From Candidatus Latescibacterota bacterium (GTDB taxonomy: Bacteria; Latescibacterota; UBA2968; GCA-2709665): a stretch of DNA of 64,000 bases. Where the stretch lies: assembly GCA_965237675.1 (NCBI GenBank), contig OZ250150.1:2848001-2912000 (forward strand), in the 5' to 3' direction. The notes under the pieces are model-generated. The model had not been told where the DNA came from. It did not search any database and saw only the letters and a list, made by a program, of their open reading frames with translations. A program made the translations under genes and the position numbers. Below, piece after piece: positions 47,664-56,077 of this stretch. Position 1 is the stretch's first letter; each line of letters starts with the position of its first letter.

Positions 47664-49163
47664 TTAGATTCGAGTTCGCAGGCACTGTTTGACGGCTGCA
47701 AGGCAGACTTCTACGACGGTGTCCGTGTTCATGACGAGGGCATGCACGTCGTCGCGATTGCCGGACATCTCTATCAGGAAGGCGGCGGGCGTGCCGCGTT
47801 CGGCGGCGTAAGAGATGCAATACGGCTCGGGTGGCCGGAAATCGGTGATGCGATCCATGTTGACCTGCTGGTACGCGCCTGCGTACGGCTTCTGAGTCAG
47901 GTAACGGTCCTTCAGGCGGTCCCGGATGTCCGCGTGAATGGCCGCGAGCAATTCCCCGTCTCCCTTGTGGGGCAGCATCATGATGTAATCGGCCGTATGG
48001 AAGTCGATCACGCAGATCGGCCGGCAGCGATCGATGATGCCCTGGATGATCCGCGTCTCCCGCTCGGAGGCGGGTTCCGTCCCCATGTAATTGTAATCCC
48101 AGGGCATCCGCACGTCCTGCACATAGTGGAAGCCGTCCCAGTTGCAATCGAAGTTGCGGTTGAGGTCAACGCCCCGCGAGTTCTGTCGGGTGAAGCGATC
48201 GAATCCCCCCGGGTTCTGCACCGGCAGCATCTTGAAATGCAGTTCGCGGGTGTTCAACCCTTCCACGTTCGGATTCTGACACAGGACTTCCGCAAGCCGC
48301 AGGAGGCCGTACGCGTTCTCCCATTCCCAGCCGTGTATGGCGGCGCCGAAGTACATTGTGGGTTTGGATTCATCGCCGACGTTCAGGGAATAGATCGGCC
48401 TGCCGTCACTGGAGCGTCCTTCATCCTCCAGGTGGAGGTCCGGATACCGTTCGGCGGTGTCGCACATCAGATCGACAAATCCATCGTAGGCAAGGCGTTC
48501 CGGATAGTGTCTGCCGTAACGAACGGCGTTGTTGACGATGTTGCCCAGGAAGAGATACTTGTTCGTGCTCCCCCAGGAATTGTACCAGGGGCGCACCGGC
48601 GACACGAGGTCCATGGCCACAATGCGGCCATCTCCGACTCTTTGTTCCAGCATGACGGCGCCGCTGTTCAGATTGGATAGGCCCAGAACGGCGACGTCCC
48701 GGGAGGTTTCCAGGCCCAGGATCTGGCGCTGGAACATCTGGTTGGCATAGGTCTGATCCGGGGCGCTGGTGACGGTTCCGTACCACCACACGGTGTCGCC
48801 AACGGAATAGCCCCGGGTCACGTCGTTTTCAATTTCAATTCGCATCTCGGGTCGGATGCGGTCGTGCATGTGGGTTTTGCTGAAATGCAGGCCACGGTTG
48901 TGCGCGTACTCGACGAGGCAGGAGATGACCTGCCCCCCGGATTCCGCGAATGCGGTGACGGCATTGTAGTCCAGCATCCGCAGGTTGCGTCCGTCATTCA
49001 CCACGGTGATCACGAATTCATACTGGCCGAGAACGCCTGCGTCGTGACCGTCACTCACATAGTCCAGGCGTTTGACTCTGTCCGGATACAGAATGTCCAG
49101 ATCGGCCCCGATGGTTCCGCCGGTGCCGTCCGTGAGCAGGAGGATGTTTTGATCAGATTGCAT
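47664..49163 (-). CDS. M14 zinc carboxypeptidase domain protein
   Basis: IHGWE, NPGG, RQNSRGVDLNRNF, SERET, IDFH, IEM. Confidence 0.88.
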   Translation of the reverse strand: MQSDQNILLLTDGTGGTIGADLDILYPDRVKRLDYVSDGHDAGVLGQYEFVITVVNDGRNLRMLDYNAVTAFAESGGQVISCLVEYAHNRGLHFSKTHMHDRIRPEMRIEIENDVTRGYSVGDTVWWYGTVTSAPDQTYANQMFQRQILGLETSRDVAVLGLSNLNSGAVMLEQRVGDGRIVAMDLVSPVRPWYNSWGSTNKYLFLGNIVNNAVRYGRHYPERLAYDGFVDLMCDTAERYPDLHLEDEGRSSDGRPIYSLNVGDESKPTMYFGAAIHGWEWENAYGLLRLAEVLCQNPNVEGLNTRELHFKMLPVQNPGGFDRFTRQNSRGVDLNRNFDCNWDGFHYVQDVRMPWDYNYMGTEPASERETRIIQGIIDRCRPICVIDFHTADYIMMLPHKGDGELLAAIHADIRDRLKDRYLTQKPYAGAYQQVNMDRITDFRPPEPYCISYAAERGTPAAFLIEMSGNRDDVHALVMNTDTVVEVCLAAVKQCLRTRI

Positions 49164-49227
49164 GGTGACGTTTGGTCCTTGCCGTTTTCACGTACGAGCG
49201 ACGCGTGGACCCTTGACGATCAAAAGG

Positions 49228-50244
49228 TTATGGCCGTGTGATTGCCGGTGGGTTGACAATATTTCTGAGCGGCTGTCCGAGCAGGGCCTTTCGGCAGGTC
49301 TCGGCGGTCCTGACGCGGAGGTCCGTCAGGCTCTGCTCCGAATAGAATGCGGAATGGGGCGTGATAAGCACGCGATGGTGTGCGGGGTGCCCGGGATTCC
49401 GCCATGCAACGATGAGGGGATCGTCCTCTTTGAGCTGTTCCCATTCGAATACGTCGATACCTGCTCCCGCCAGGCGACCCGACGCGATGGCGTCCGGTAT
49501 CGCTGACGTGTCGACGACCGCGCCACGGGCGGTATTCACCAGGTACGCGCCTTCAGGCATACGGGCGATGGCTTTGGCGTTGATCAGGTGTCGGGTCTCG
49601 TCGGTGAGCGGGCAGTGGATGCTGAGCGTGAAGGCCTGGTTGAGAGTTTCCTCGAGCGTTTCCACGCGCCGTATGCCCAGGGCTTTGGCGTATCCATCCG
49701 GTTTGTAGGGGTCGTAAAAACACACGTCCATGCCCAGCGCCTTCGCGCGCAGCGCGGCGGCGGTGCCGATGCGACCCAGGCCGACGATCGCAAATACGCT
49801 GCCGCGGATGCGTTGGAGGGGCGCGGCCTGGGAGGGGGACCAGGGTCCCCGGGCGGCCCGCAGGCGGGAGTTGAGAAACGCCACGCCACGGATCATGGAC
49901 ACCGCCATGCCGACGGCCGCATCGGCCACGTCTTCGGTTCCATAGTCCGGTACGTTGCACACCGATATGCCCAATTCACGGGCGCAGGAGACGTCTACAT
50001 TGTCGAATCCGACGCCGCCCCGGGCGATGACTTTGCATTTGCGCAGGCGATTGAGGGTCGTTCGGGAAACCCGGATGTAATGGTAGGCAATGATGGCGTC
50101 GGCGTCTTCGACTCTGCCGGCGAGCTCGTCCTCCCGGGTCGCTTGCAGAACGCGGACGTCGGCGACGCCGTTGAGGATGTCCCTTTCGACACCGGGGTCG
50201 GAGATGAAATCCGTGATGACGACATTTGATTTCCGGCTGGACAT
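49228..50244 (-). CDS. D-2-hydroxyacid dehydrogenase (CtBP-like)
   Basis: RGGVGFDNVD, GLGRIG, HCPLT.ET, NTARG, TPHSAFYS. Confidence 0.93.
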   Translation of the reverse strand: MSSRKSNVVITDFISDPGVERDILNGVADVRVLQATREDELAGRVEDADAIIAYHYIRVSRTTLNRLRKCKVIARGGVGFDNVDVSCARELGISVCNVPDYGTEDVADAAVGMAVSMIRGVAFLNSRLRAARGPWSPSQAAPLQRIRGSVFAIVGLGRIGTAAALRAKALGMDVCFYDPYKPDGYAKALGIRRVETLEETLNQAFTLSIHCPLTDETRHLINAKAIARMPEGAYLVNTARGAVVDTSAIPDAIASGRLAGAGIDVFEWEQLKEDDPLIVAWRNPGHPAHHRVLITPHSAFYSEQSLTDLRVRTAETCRKALLGQPLRNIVNPPAITRP

Positions 50245-50439
50245 TTCGGATCGGGCGGAAGACGGGGATCTTTGGGGTGGGAAGGCGTTCCGGGTACGGT
50301 TCCGGCCGATAACGTATCGTGGAACCCGCGGAAAGTCAAGCCCATTTCAGGTGGCCGGCGCTGTCCTGTCAATTGGTACGCGTTTCGGCCGGCCGGCAGG
50401 TCTGTCGGAGGTCGGGTGCGTTGAGGCGCGGGTCCGGCT

Positions 50440-51699
50440 TCAGGTATCGTACCCGAGCCTGCGCCAGCGCGTGCGGGCGGAACGGACGGCATCCTGGCCC
50501 GGTTTGACATAACCCCGCGTGCTGGGTGGAGGCTGGCCGGGCCCGGCGTCTTCGGGGTAGGGCGACCAGTGGTCCTCCAGATAGGGTTTGCAGGCGGTCT
50601 TCCTGCGGAAGTCGGGAATCGGACAGGGGACGCCGTTCTCCAGGCAGGAGCGCCAGGCCTGGACGCCGACAGCAGCCATGGCGACGCCACGGTACACGTT
50701 CAGATAGGGTTGGCGGCCCGACCGGATGGCGCGTGCAAAGTGAAAATTCGTCCAGAAGTCCCCGCCTCCGTGGCCCGCCCGGCGGGCGAGGTCGCCGTGT
50801 TCCGGCCAGTCGGCCGTGTAGGAGCGGTCCACCGGCTGACCCTTGTCTCGCAGCCAATCTTCATGATGAATGCGTACGCAACTCCAGTGGTTGGGCTCCG
50901 CGGTGGCGATGAGGCCCCGATCGCCGTGAATTTCGTAGCGGACACGATGGATGGAACTGAGTTGCAGACCCAGAATTCGAAAGACGGCGCCGTTGTCCAT
51001 CCGGACCAGTATGAGACCGCCCTGATCGCCCACCCGCACGCGATGGGGAGATTGGGTGGGTTCTTCGACGATGGAAAGGGCGTTCACGGACACGGGCATG
51101 GTCCCCGTGATGCACATCAGGGGCGCGAGCGCGTGGCTGCAGTAGTAGGTCGGCGGGATCCAGTTGCGCCAGTGGTTCAGGCCCGGTGAGATGCCCAGGC
51201 GCCAATTCTCTTCGGCGGCGTGGTTGTATTCGCCTTCGGCGTACGTGACGTTTCCGATCTCTCCGGCGCGGTAGAGGCGACGCAGTTCCTGGTTGGCGGA
51301 GGAGAAGGGGTAGTTTTCAGCGAACATATAGATGTTGCCGCTTGCTTCCACGGCGCGGCAGAGAGCGACGCCCTCCGCAAGGGTCTTGCACGCGGCGGTT
51401 TCACTCATCACGTGTTTTCCCGCTCGCAGGGCCTTAACGGCGAAAGGCGCGTGCTCGTGGCTGTAGTTGGCCAGGATGACCGCATCCATGTCATGTTCGA
51501 GAAAGCGGTTGTAGTCGGTGTACGTGGTCACGCCGTATTCTCTCCCGGCCTCTTCGAGTTTCTCCTTCCACGTATCACACAGGGCCACCAGTTCCATGCC
51601 CACGGCGTCGGTTGCGCCCCGGGCAAAGCTCCGTCCCCTGCCCACACCGATGATTCCGACCCGGATGGGTCGGTGAACGGATTGATGCTGTGGCATCAA
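50440..51699 (-). CDS. Gfo/Idh/MocA oxidoreductase
   Basis: GIIGVGRG, AGKHVMSE, AENY, GHGGGD. Confidence 0.9.
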   Translation of the reverse strand: MMPQHQSVHRPIRVGIIGVGRGRSFARGATDAVGMELVALCDTWKEKLEEAGREYGVTTYTDYNRFLEHDMDAVILANYSHEHAPFAVKALRAGKHVMSETAACKTLAEGVALCRAVEASGNIYMFAENYPFSSANQELRRLYRAGEIGNVTYAEGEYNHAAEENWRLGISPGLNHWRNWIPPTYYCSHALAPLMCITGTMPVSVNALSIVEEPTQSPHRVRVGDQGGLILVRMDNGAVFRILGLQLSSIHRVRYEIHGDRGLIATAEPNHWSCVRIHHEDWLRDKGQPVDRSYTADWPEHGDLARRAGHGGGDFWTNFHFARAIRSGRQPYLNVYRGVAMAAVGVQAWRSCLENGVPCPIPDFRRKTACKPYLEDHWSPYPEDAGPGQPPPSTRGYVKPGQDAVRSARTRWRRLGYDT

Positions 51700-51770
51700 A
51701 GGGGGATCCTTTTGGTTAAGTTATTGAGGAACAGGCGATTATCGGACACATCTGAAGACATTCAGGGCGT

Positions 51771-52628
51771 TCAGGCCTCGACTAACCGCCTTAAATACGC
51801 GCCCTGTTCGCCAAGTTTGGTGTCGTCCTCGCCGGGCCCGAAGTCTTCCAGCGAGAGGTAGCCGGTATAGCCGATGCCCTTGAAGTCCCGGATGATCTGG
51901 CCGATGTCGGCAATCCCTTCCCGCAGGTCGGCGAAATCCCAATCCCAGATCCGAGCACCCATGCCATCCCGTTTTGCGGCGACGGGTCTGCCGTTGCCGA
52001 TGTGACAATGGACGAGATAGGGGCCGAGCAGTTCCATGCCCATTTTGGTGTCTTCCAGGCCCACGCGGAGCATGTTCGGTATGTCGTAAATGGCGCCGAT
52101 ATGTTCCGGGTCCAGGTCGCGCAGGAGTTCGATGGCGCGGGAGCAGGTGACGGCGACGGTGCCCACGTGTATTTCGTAGAGAATCTTGACGCTATAGTGT
52201 CGTGCGGTTTCGACAAGGTTTGCAAAACCCGCCCGTGCTTCGAGGAACTGAGGCCAGTAGGGCTGCGTCCGGTCGTGCCGGGGAGCGCCGATGCGGATCA
52301 TGGGCGGATTGTGAGGGTTGACCGCTACGGCGCCCCTGAGCAGCTTCTCCACCACGTCGGTATCTTCGAGCGTCACGTTCGGGGCCAGGGCGATCACGCG
52401 TATGCCCGTGCGCTTTTCCGCGGCCCGGATCGCTTCGGCCTTGTGAACTATGTTGTCGGGGCTGACGTCGGACAGATGACGGCCCCAGAAGGAGGGTTCC
52501 TCGGCATCGTTTCCCGGATTGTAGCGACAGCGCAGTTCGATACCGTCGTACCCATGTTCGGCCAGTTTATCGAAGGTTCGGTCCAGGTCCCAGCGGGGTA
52601 GCATTACGGACGTACAGGAAAGTTTCAT
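51771..52628 (-). CDS. Sugar phosphate isomerase/epimerase (xylose isomerase-like TIM barrel)
   Basis: GYDGIELR, YEIH, YDIPN, HCH, GYLSLE. Confidence 0.88.
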   Translation of the reverse strand: MKLSCTSVMLPRWDLDRTFDKLAEHGYDGIELRCRYNPGNDAEEPSFWGRHLSDVSPDNIVHKAEAIRAAEKRTGIRVIALAPNVTLEDTDVVEKLLRGAVAVNPHNPPMIRIGAPRHDRTQPYWPQFLEARAGFANLVETARHYSVKILYEIHVGTVAVTCSRAIELLRDLDPEHIGAIYDIPNMLRVGLEDTKMGMELLGPYLVHCHIGNGRPVAAKRDGMGARIWDWDFADLREGIADIGQIIRDFKGIGYTGYLSLEDFGPGEDDTKLGEQGAYLRRLVEA

Positions 52629-52651
52629 AGTGCCTCCGCCTTTACGGCGAA

Positions 52652-53716
52652 TTACGGTGTAAACCGGGTTCCCGGGGTGATTTCCAGGATGAATTCCGTG
52701 AGCATGGCCACGGTTCGGTCGAGGTCATTGAGCGAGAGGACTTCCACGGGAGTGTGCATATAACGCAGCGCCACGCTGACAAGGCCCGTGGCCACGCCGG
52801 CGCGGGTGAGTTGTATGGCGTTCGCGTCGGTTCCGGTTCCGCCGGACGCGGCTTCGATCTGATAGGGCACGTCGGCCTTTCGCGCCGCGGCCACGAGGCG
52901 TTTGAAGACAACCGGATTGATGTTGGCGCCCCGGGCGATGACGGGGCCGGCGCCCAGTCTCAGGTCGCCGTCACGACGTTTGTCGATGTCGGGATGATCG
53001 GTTGCACAGGCAACGTCCAGGCCGATGCCGAGATGCGGATCTATGCCGTAGGCGCTGGTCTTTGCGCCCCGCAGGCCGATCTCCTCCTGGACGGTAGCGA
53101 CAGCGTACAGGGCGGCTTCGGGGCGCTTTTTGGACCGGGCAACGCAGCGCAGGGTCTCCGCGGCAACGTAGGCGCCCATTTTATTGTCGAAAGCGCGGGA
53201 GACGGCCAGGTCTCCACGGATGGTCTCAAAATTGGGATCGTAGGTGACGGGGTCGCCGGTGTCGACGATTTTCACGGCCTCTTTCTGGTCTTTCGCACCG
53301 ATGTCGATCCAGAGTTCATGAGCACGAGGTGTTTTCTTGCGATCCTCCTCCGTCATCAGATGGACGGGTTTCTTGCCGAATACGCCCGGTACGGGTCCTG
53401 ACGACGTATGGATACGGACTTTTCTGCCCGGGATGATGCCGGTGTCGAAGCCGCCGATCGTGTTGACGTAAATATATCCGTTGTCGTCTATATAGTTCAC
53501 CTGGAATCCCAGTTCATCCATATGTCCAGCCAGCATGATTCGCGGGCTGCCGTTGGCATTATGCACGGCAATGGCGTTGCCGTGGGCGTCAACGGTCACT
53601 CGATCCGCGTATTTCTTCGTTTCCGCCGTCCAGACTTCACGTACGGGACCTTCGTACCCGGATGGACCCGGCGCGTTGAGCATGGCTTCGAGAAAAGCGC
53701 GGGAAGATTTACGCAT
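52652..53716 (-). CDS. M42 family metallopeptidase
   Basis: GHMDE, AFDNK, QEEIGLRGA, GTDA, RYMHTP. Confidence 0.93.
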   Translation of the reverse strand: MRKSSRAFLEAMLNAPGPSGYEGPVREVWTAETKKYADRVTVDAHGNAIAVHNANGSPRIMLAGHMDELGFQVNYIDDNGYIYVNTIGGFDTGIIPGRKVRIHTSSGPVPGVFGKKPVHLMTEEDRKKTPRAHELWIDIGAKDQKEAVKIVDTGDPVTYDPNFETIRGDLAVSRAFDNKMGAYVAAETLRCVARSKKRPEAALYAVATVQEEIGLRGAKTSAYGIDPHLGIGLDVACATDHPDIDKRRDGDLRLGAGPVIARGANINPVVFKRLVAAARKADVPYQIEAASGGTGTDANAIQLTRAGVATGLVSVALRYMHTPVEVLSLNDLDRTVAMLTEFILEITPGTRFTP

Positions 53717-53726
53717 CGTTCTCCTT

Positions 53727-54755
53727 TCAGAAAACCGACCGTTTTCGGCATTGTTCGATTACGCGAATCAATTCGCGGGACTCACGGGTTTTGACATGGG
53801 GCTCTGCGTTTCCCGTAAACGTCTCGTAGATATTGGCGTAAAAGTCCAGGTGCGCTTCAGGACGGATAGGCACGGTCTTTTCCCGCCAGGGGAGCCGATC
53901 CTGGTTGTCGTAGCTGCGCCCTGGCGCTGCACCATCGATGACTTCCAGTTCGGGCGCCCGGCTGGGATCGTAGTAACGGATATGAAATGCATTCTCTGTC
54001 TGAACGAGGGTTCCGTAACGCCCGCAAACGTGCCACGGTGGCAGGGGCAGGGCCGCCGCCTGGTTGACTTCCAGATCAAGGAGCTGACTCCCCCCGGTCT
54101 TGAGCCAGATTCTGACCACATCGTCCGCGTCTCCGCGCGTGGCAACGGCCCAGAGGTTGCATCGAATATCGGCAACGGGGGTGCCGTCGGAGAGATAGAG
54201 CAACTGGTCGATGTAGTGGGCGCCGTAGTTGTTGAGCATGCCGCCGCCGTGTCTGCGCAGGCTCTGCCAGTCGTTGCGACGCACGTAACGCGTCAGACAC
54301 CGGCGGATGAGGTAGACCGGGCCAAGAATCCCGCTATCGAGGATCCCTTTGAGAACCTGTGTTTCAGGAGAAAGGCGATGCGGCTGGTAGACGAGCACCC
54401 GGCGGCCGTGCCGGTGTGCTTCTTCGACAATACGGTCGGCCGATTTGAGGGTGGTGGTCATCGGTTTTTCGAGGATAACGTGACAGCCTTCGCGGAGCGC
54501 TTTTCGGGCGTGCCGTTCGTGAAATCTCGTGGGGGTGGCGACAACCAGAACGTCGGGGCTTTCTTTTTTCCAGAACGCGCCCACGGTCGTGTAGGTACGG
54601 CAACCGGAAAAAGCGGCTGCCTCCTCGAGCCGTTCCGGTAGCGGGTCGATTACGGCGACGAGTTGGAAGTTGGATGCGTCCTTGAGTTCGTTGAAATGCT
54701 TGGACCATCCGGCACGGCCCAGTCCGGCGATTGCAATATCCAGCTTTTTTGCCAT
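53727..54755 (-). CDS. Gfo/Idh/MocA oxidoreductase
   Basis: GLGRAG, EKPM, GGGMLNNYGAHYID. Confidence 0.92.
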   Translation of the reverse strand: MAKKLDIAIAGLGRAGWSKHFNELKDASNFQLVAVIDPLPERLEEAAAFSGCRTYTTVGAFWKKESPDVLVVATPTRFHERHARKALREGCHVILEKPMTTTLKSADRIVEEAHRHGRRVLVYQPHRLSPETQVLKGILDSGILGPVYLIRRCLTRYVRRNDWQSLRRHGGGMLNNYGAHYIDQLLYLSDGTPVADIRCNLWAVATRGDADDVVRIWLKTGGSQLLDLEVNQAAALPLPPWHVCGRYGTLVQTENAFHIRYYDPSRAPELEVIDGAAPGRSYDNQDRLPWREKTVPIRPEAHLDFYANIYETFTGNAEPHVKTRESRELIRVIEQCRKRSVF

Positions 54756-54769
54756 GGGTGGTATCCTGA

Positions 54770-54980
54770 GAAGCTGTTTTAAAATTCCCGGTGCGTTCCC
54801 GAGCGCGAGCGAAAAGGTGTCGGTTATGAGGCGCGAAGGGCGTGCAGCGCCGACGGGAGGACCCGCCTATGAGAGGCGAGGGTCGCGCAGCCTCGACCCC
54901 AAGATACGGGTGGGTTTGACCAACGCCGACCGACGCATTTGCAGCCGCGCGAAGACCGCTGGGGGTTTTAAGACAGCTTC
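54770..54980. mobile_element. MITE family B (IS5-like, TGA duplication)
   Basis: TIRs GAAGCTGTTTTAAAATTCCC / GGGGGTTTTAAGACAGCTTC, flanked on both sides by TGA. Confidence 0.75.
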
Positions 54981-55000
54981 TGAAGCATTATGGGAGAAAG

Positions 55001-55029
55001 TTGACGGCGTTGCCTTCCCTGTCTATATT
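55001..55029 (+). promoter_or_regulatory. Putative sigma-70 promoter
   Basis: TTGACG-17-TATATT. Confidence 0.6.
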
Positions 55030-55209
55030 CCTGCGCATGGTTTTTAAAATAAAACCTGCAACCCAAATGTCCACAGAAAACCTGAGGGGTTTGTGCTGGT
55101 CTGGGGCGCCATGCGCGGGCGTTTTTGTCCAGGATTCATAAGCGGGAGGTCCACGGTGGGAACGGAGTCAGGACGGCCGGGCGCTTCAGAAGGCGTTAAG
55201 TCGACAACG

Positions 55210-55731
55210 ATGCAAGCGGCTATTCTGGGCATGCTCGTTGTGAATATTCCACTGTTGCTCGTCAGCTTCGGCATGGGTTACGCGGCCCGTTTCGGCTGGA
55301 TGTCGGTTTCCGTGGGAGCGCATTTGAAGGTGGGGCTTCTGGCCGCGTTTCTGACGGTCCTGACGCAGACGACAACGATGTTTTATTTCATGGGAACGGG
55401 TTCGGCGATCAAGGCCGAGGTTCGGGAGCGGGGTCTGGATCCGGATTTTCTTGCGCGCGCCCGCGCGTTCAAAGGGAGTTTTTTCTACCTGCTGACGTTC
55501 GGTATTTTGCTGATTATGGTTGCGGCAATGATCGGCGGTGGCGCGCACGCGGACCTGCTGTGGAGCGATGGAGCGGCAGGCCGGACATTCTATTCCATTC
55601 TGCACGAGGTCCTGGCGATCCTGAGCCTGGTCATAAATATGATTGCCTTTGTCCGCACGCCGTACAATATCCAAAGGAATAACCGGCTGCTGGATGACGT
55701 GGGCAGCACCCGGGTCGTGGCTTCAGAATAG
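55210..55731 (+). CDS. Four-TM membrane protein with His residues in helices
   Basis: Four hydrophobic segments, YFMGTG block; stop TAG coincides with the MITE end. Confidence 0.75.
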   Translation: MQAAILGMLVVNIPLLLVSFGMGYAARFGWMSVSVGAHLKVGLLAAFLTVLTQTTTMFYFMGTGSAIKAEVRERGLDPDFLARARAFKGSFFYLLTFGILLIMVAAMIGGGAHADLLWSDGAAGRTFYSILHEVLAILSLVINMIAFVRTPYNIQRNNRLLDDVGSTRVVASE

Positions 55732-55971
55732 TGTCCCGTCCCAGAAATATGTCACCATTCTTCCGCCTGCCTGTGCGTGCGTGAGGCTGCACGCACAGGC
55801 AGGCGCCGATTCATTCCGTCTCGCTGCGTTGCTTGCGCTGAGCTTGTCGAAGTGCCTTCGCTCGCCGACCTTGTGCAGGTCGCAGGCGCCGGTTCCTGAG
55901 CCTGTCGAAGGATGCGAGCCGGGCGACTCGGCAGCTGAATTTCGGCAATCTATCTCCGGGACGGAACACTA
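55729..55971 (+). mobile_element. MITE family A with nested REP-like inserts
   Basis: Same TIRs as 18191; extra hairpin CGCCTGCCTGTGCGTGC...GCACGCACAGGCAGGCG and extra CCTGAGCCTGTCGAAGG. Confidence 0.85.
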
Positions 55972-56077
55972 GGCGTCTGCGACCGGAAGGCAGGGGGCGC
56001 TGTCAAAACAGGATTGCGGGTGTGGCGGTGCGCCGACGAGATCTGAGGTCGCCCTTTATCTGATCACGGAGGAGGTT

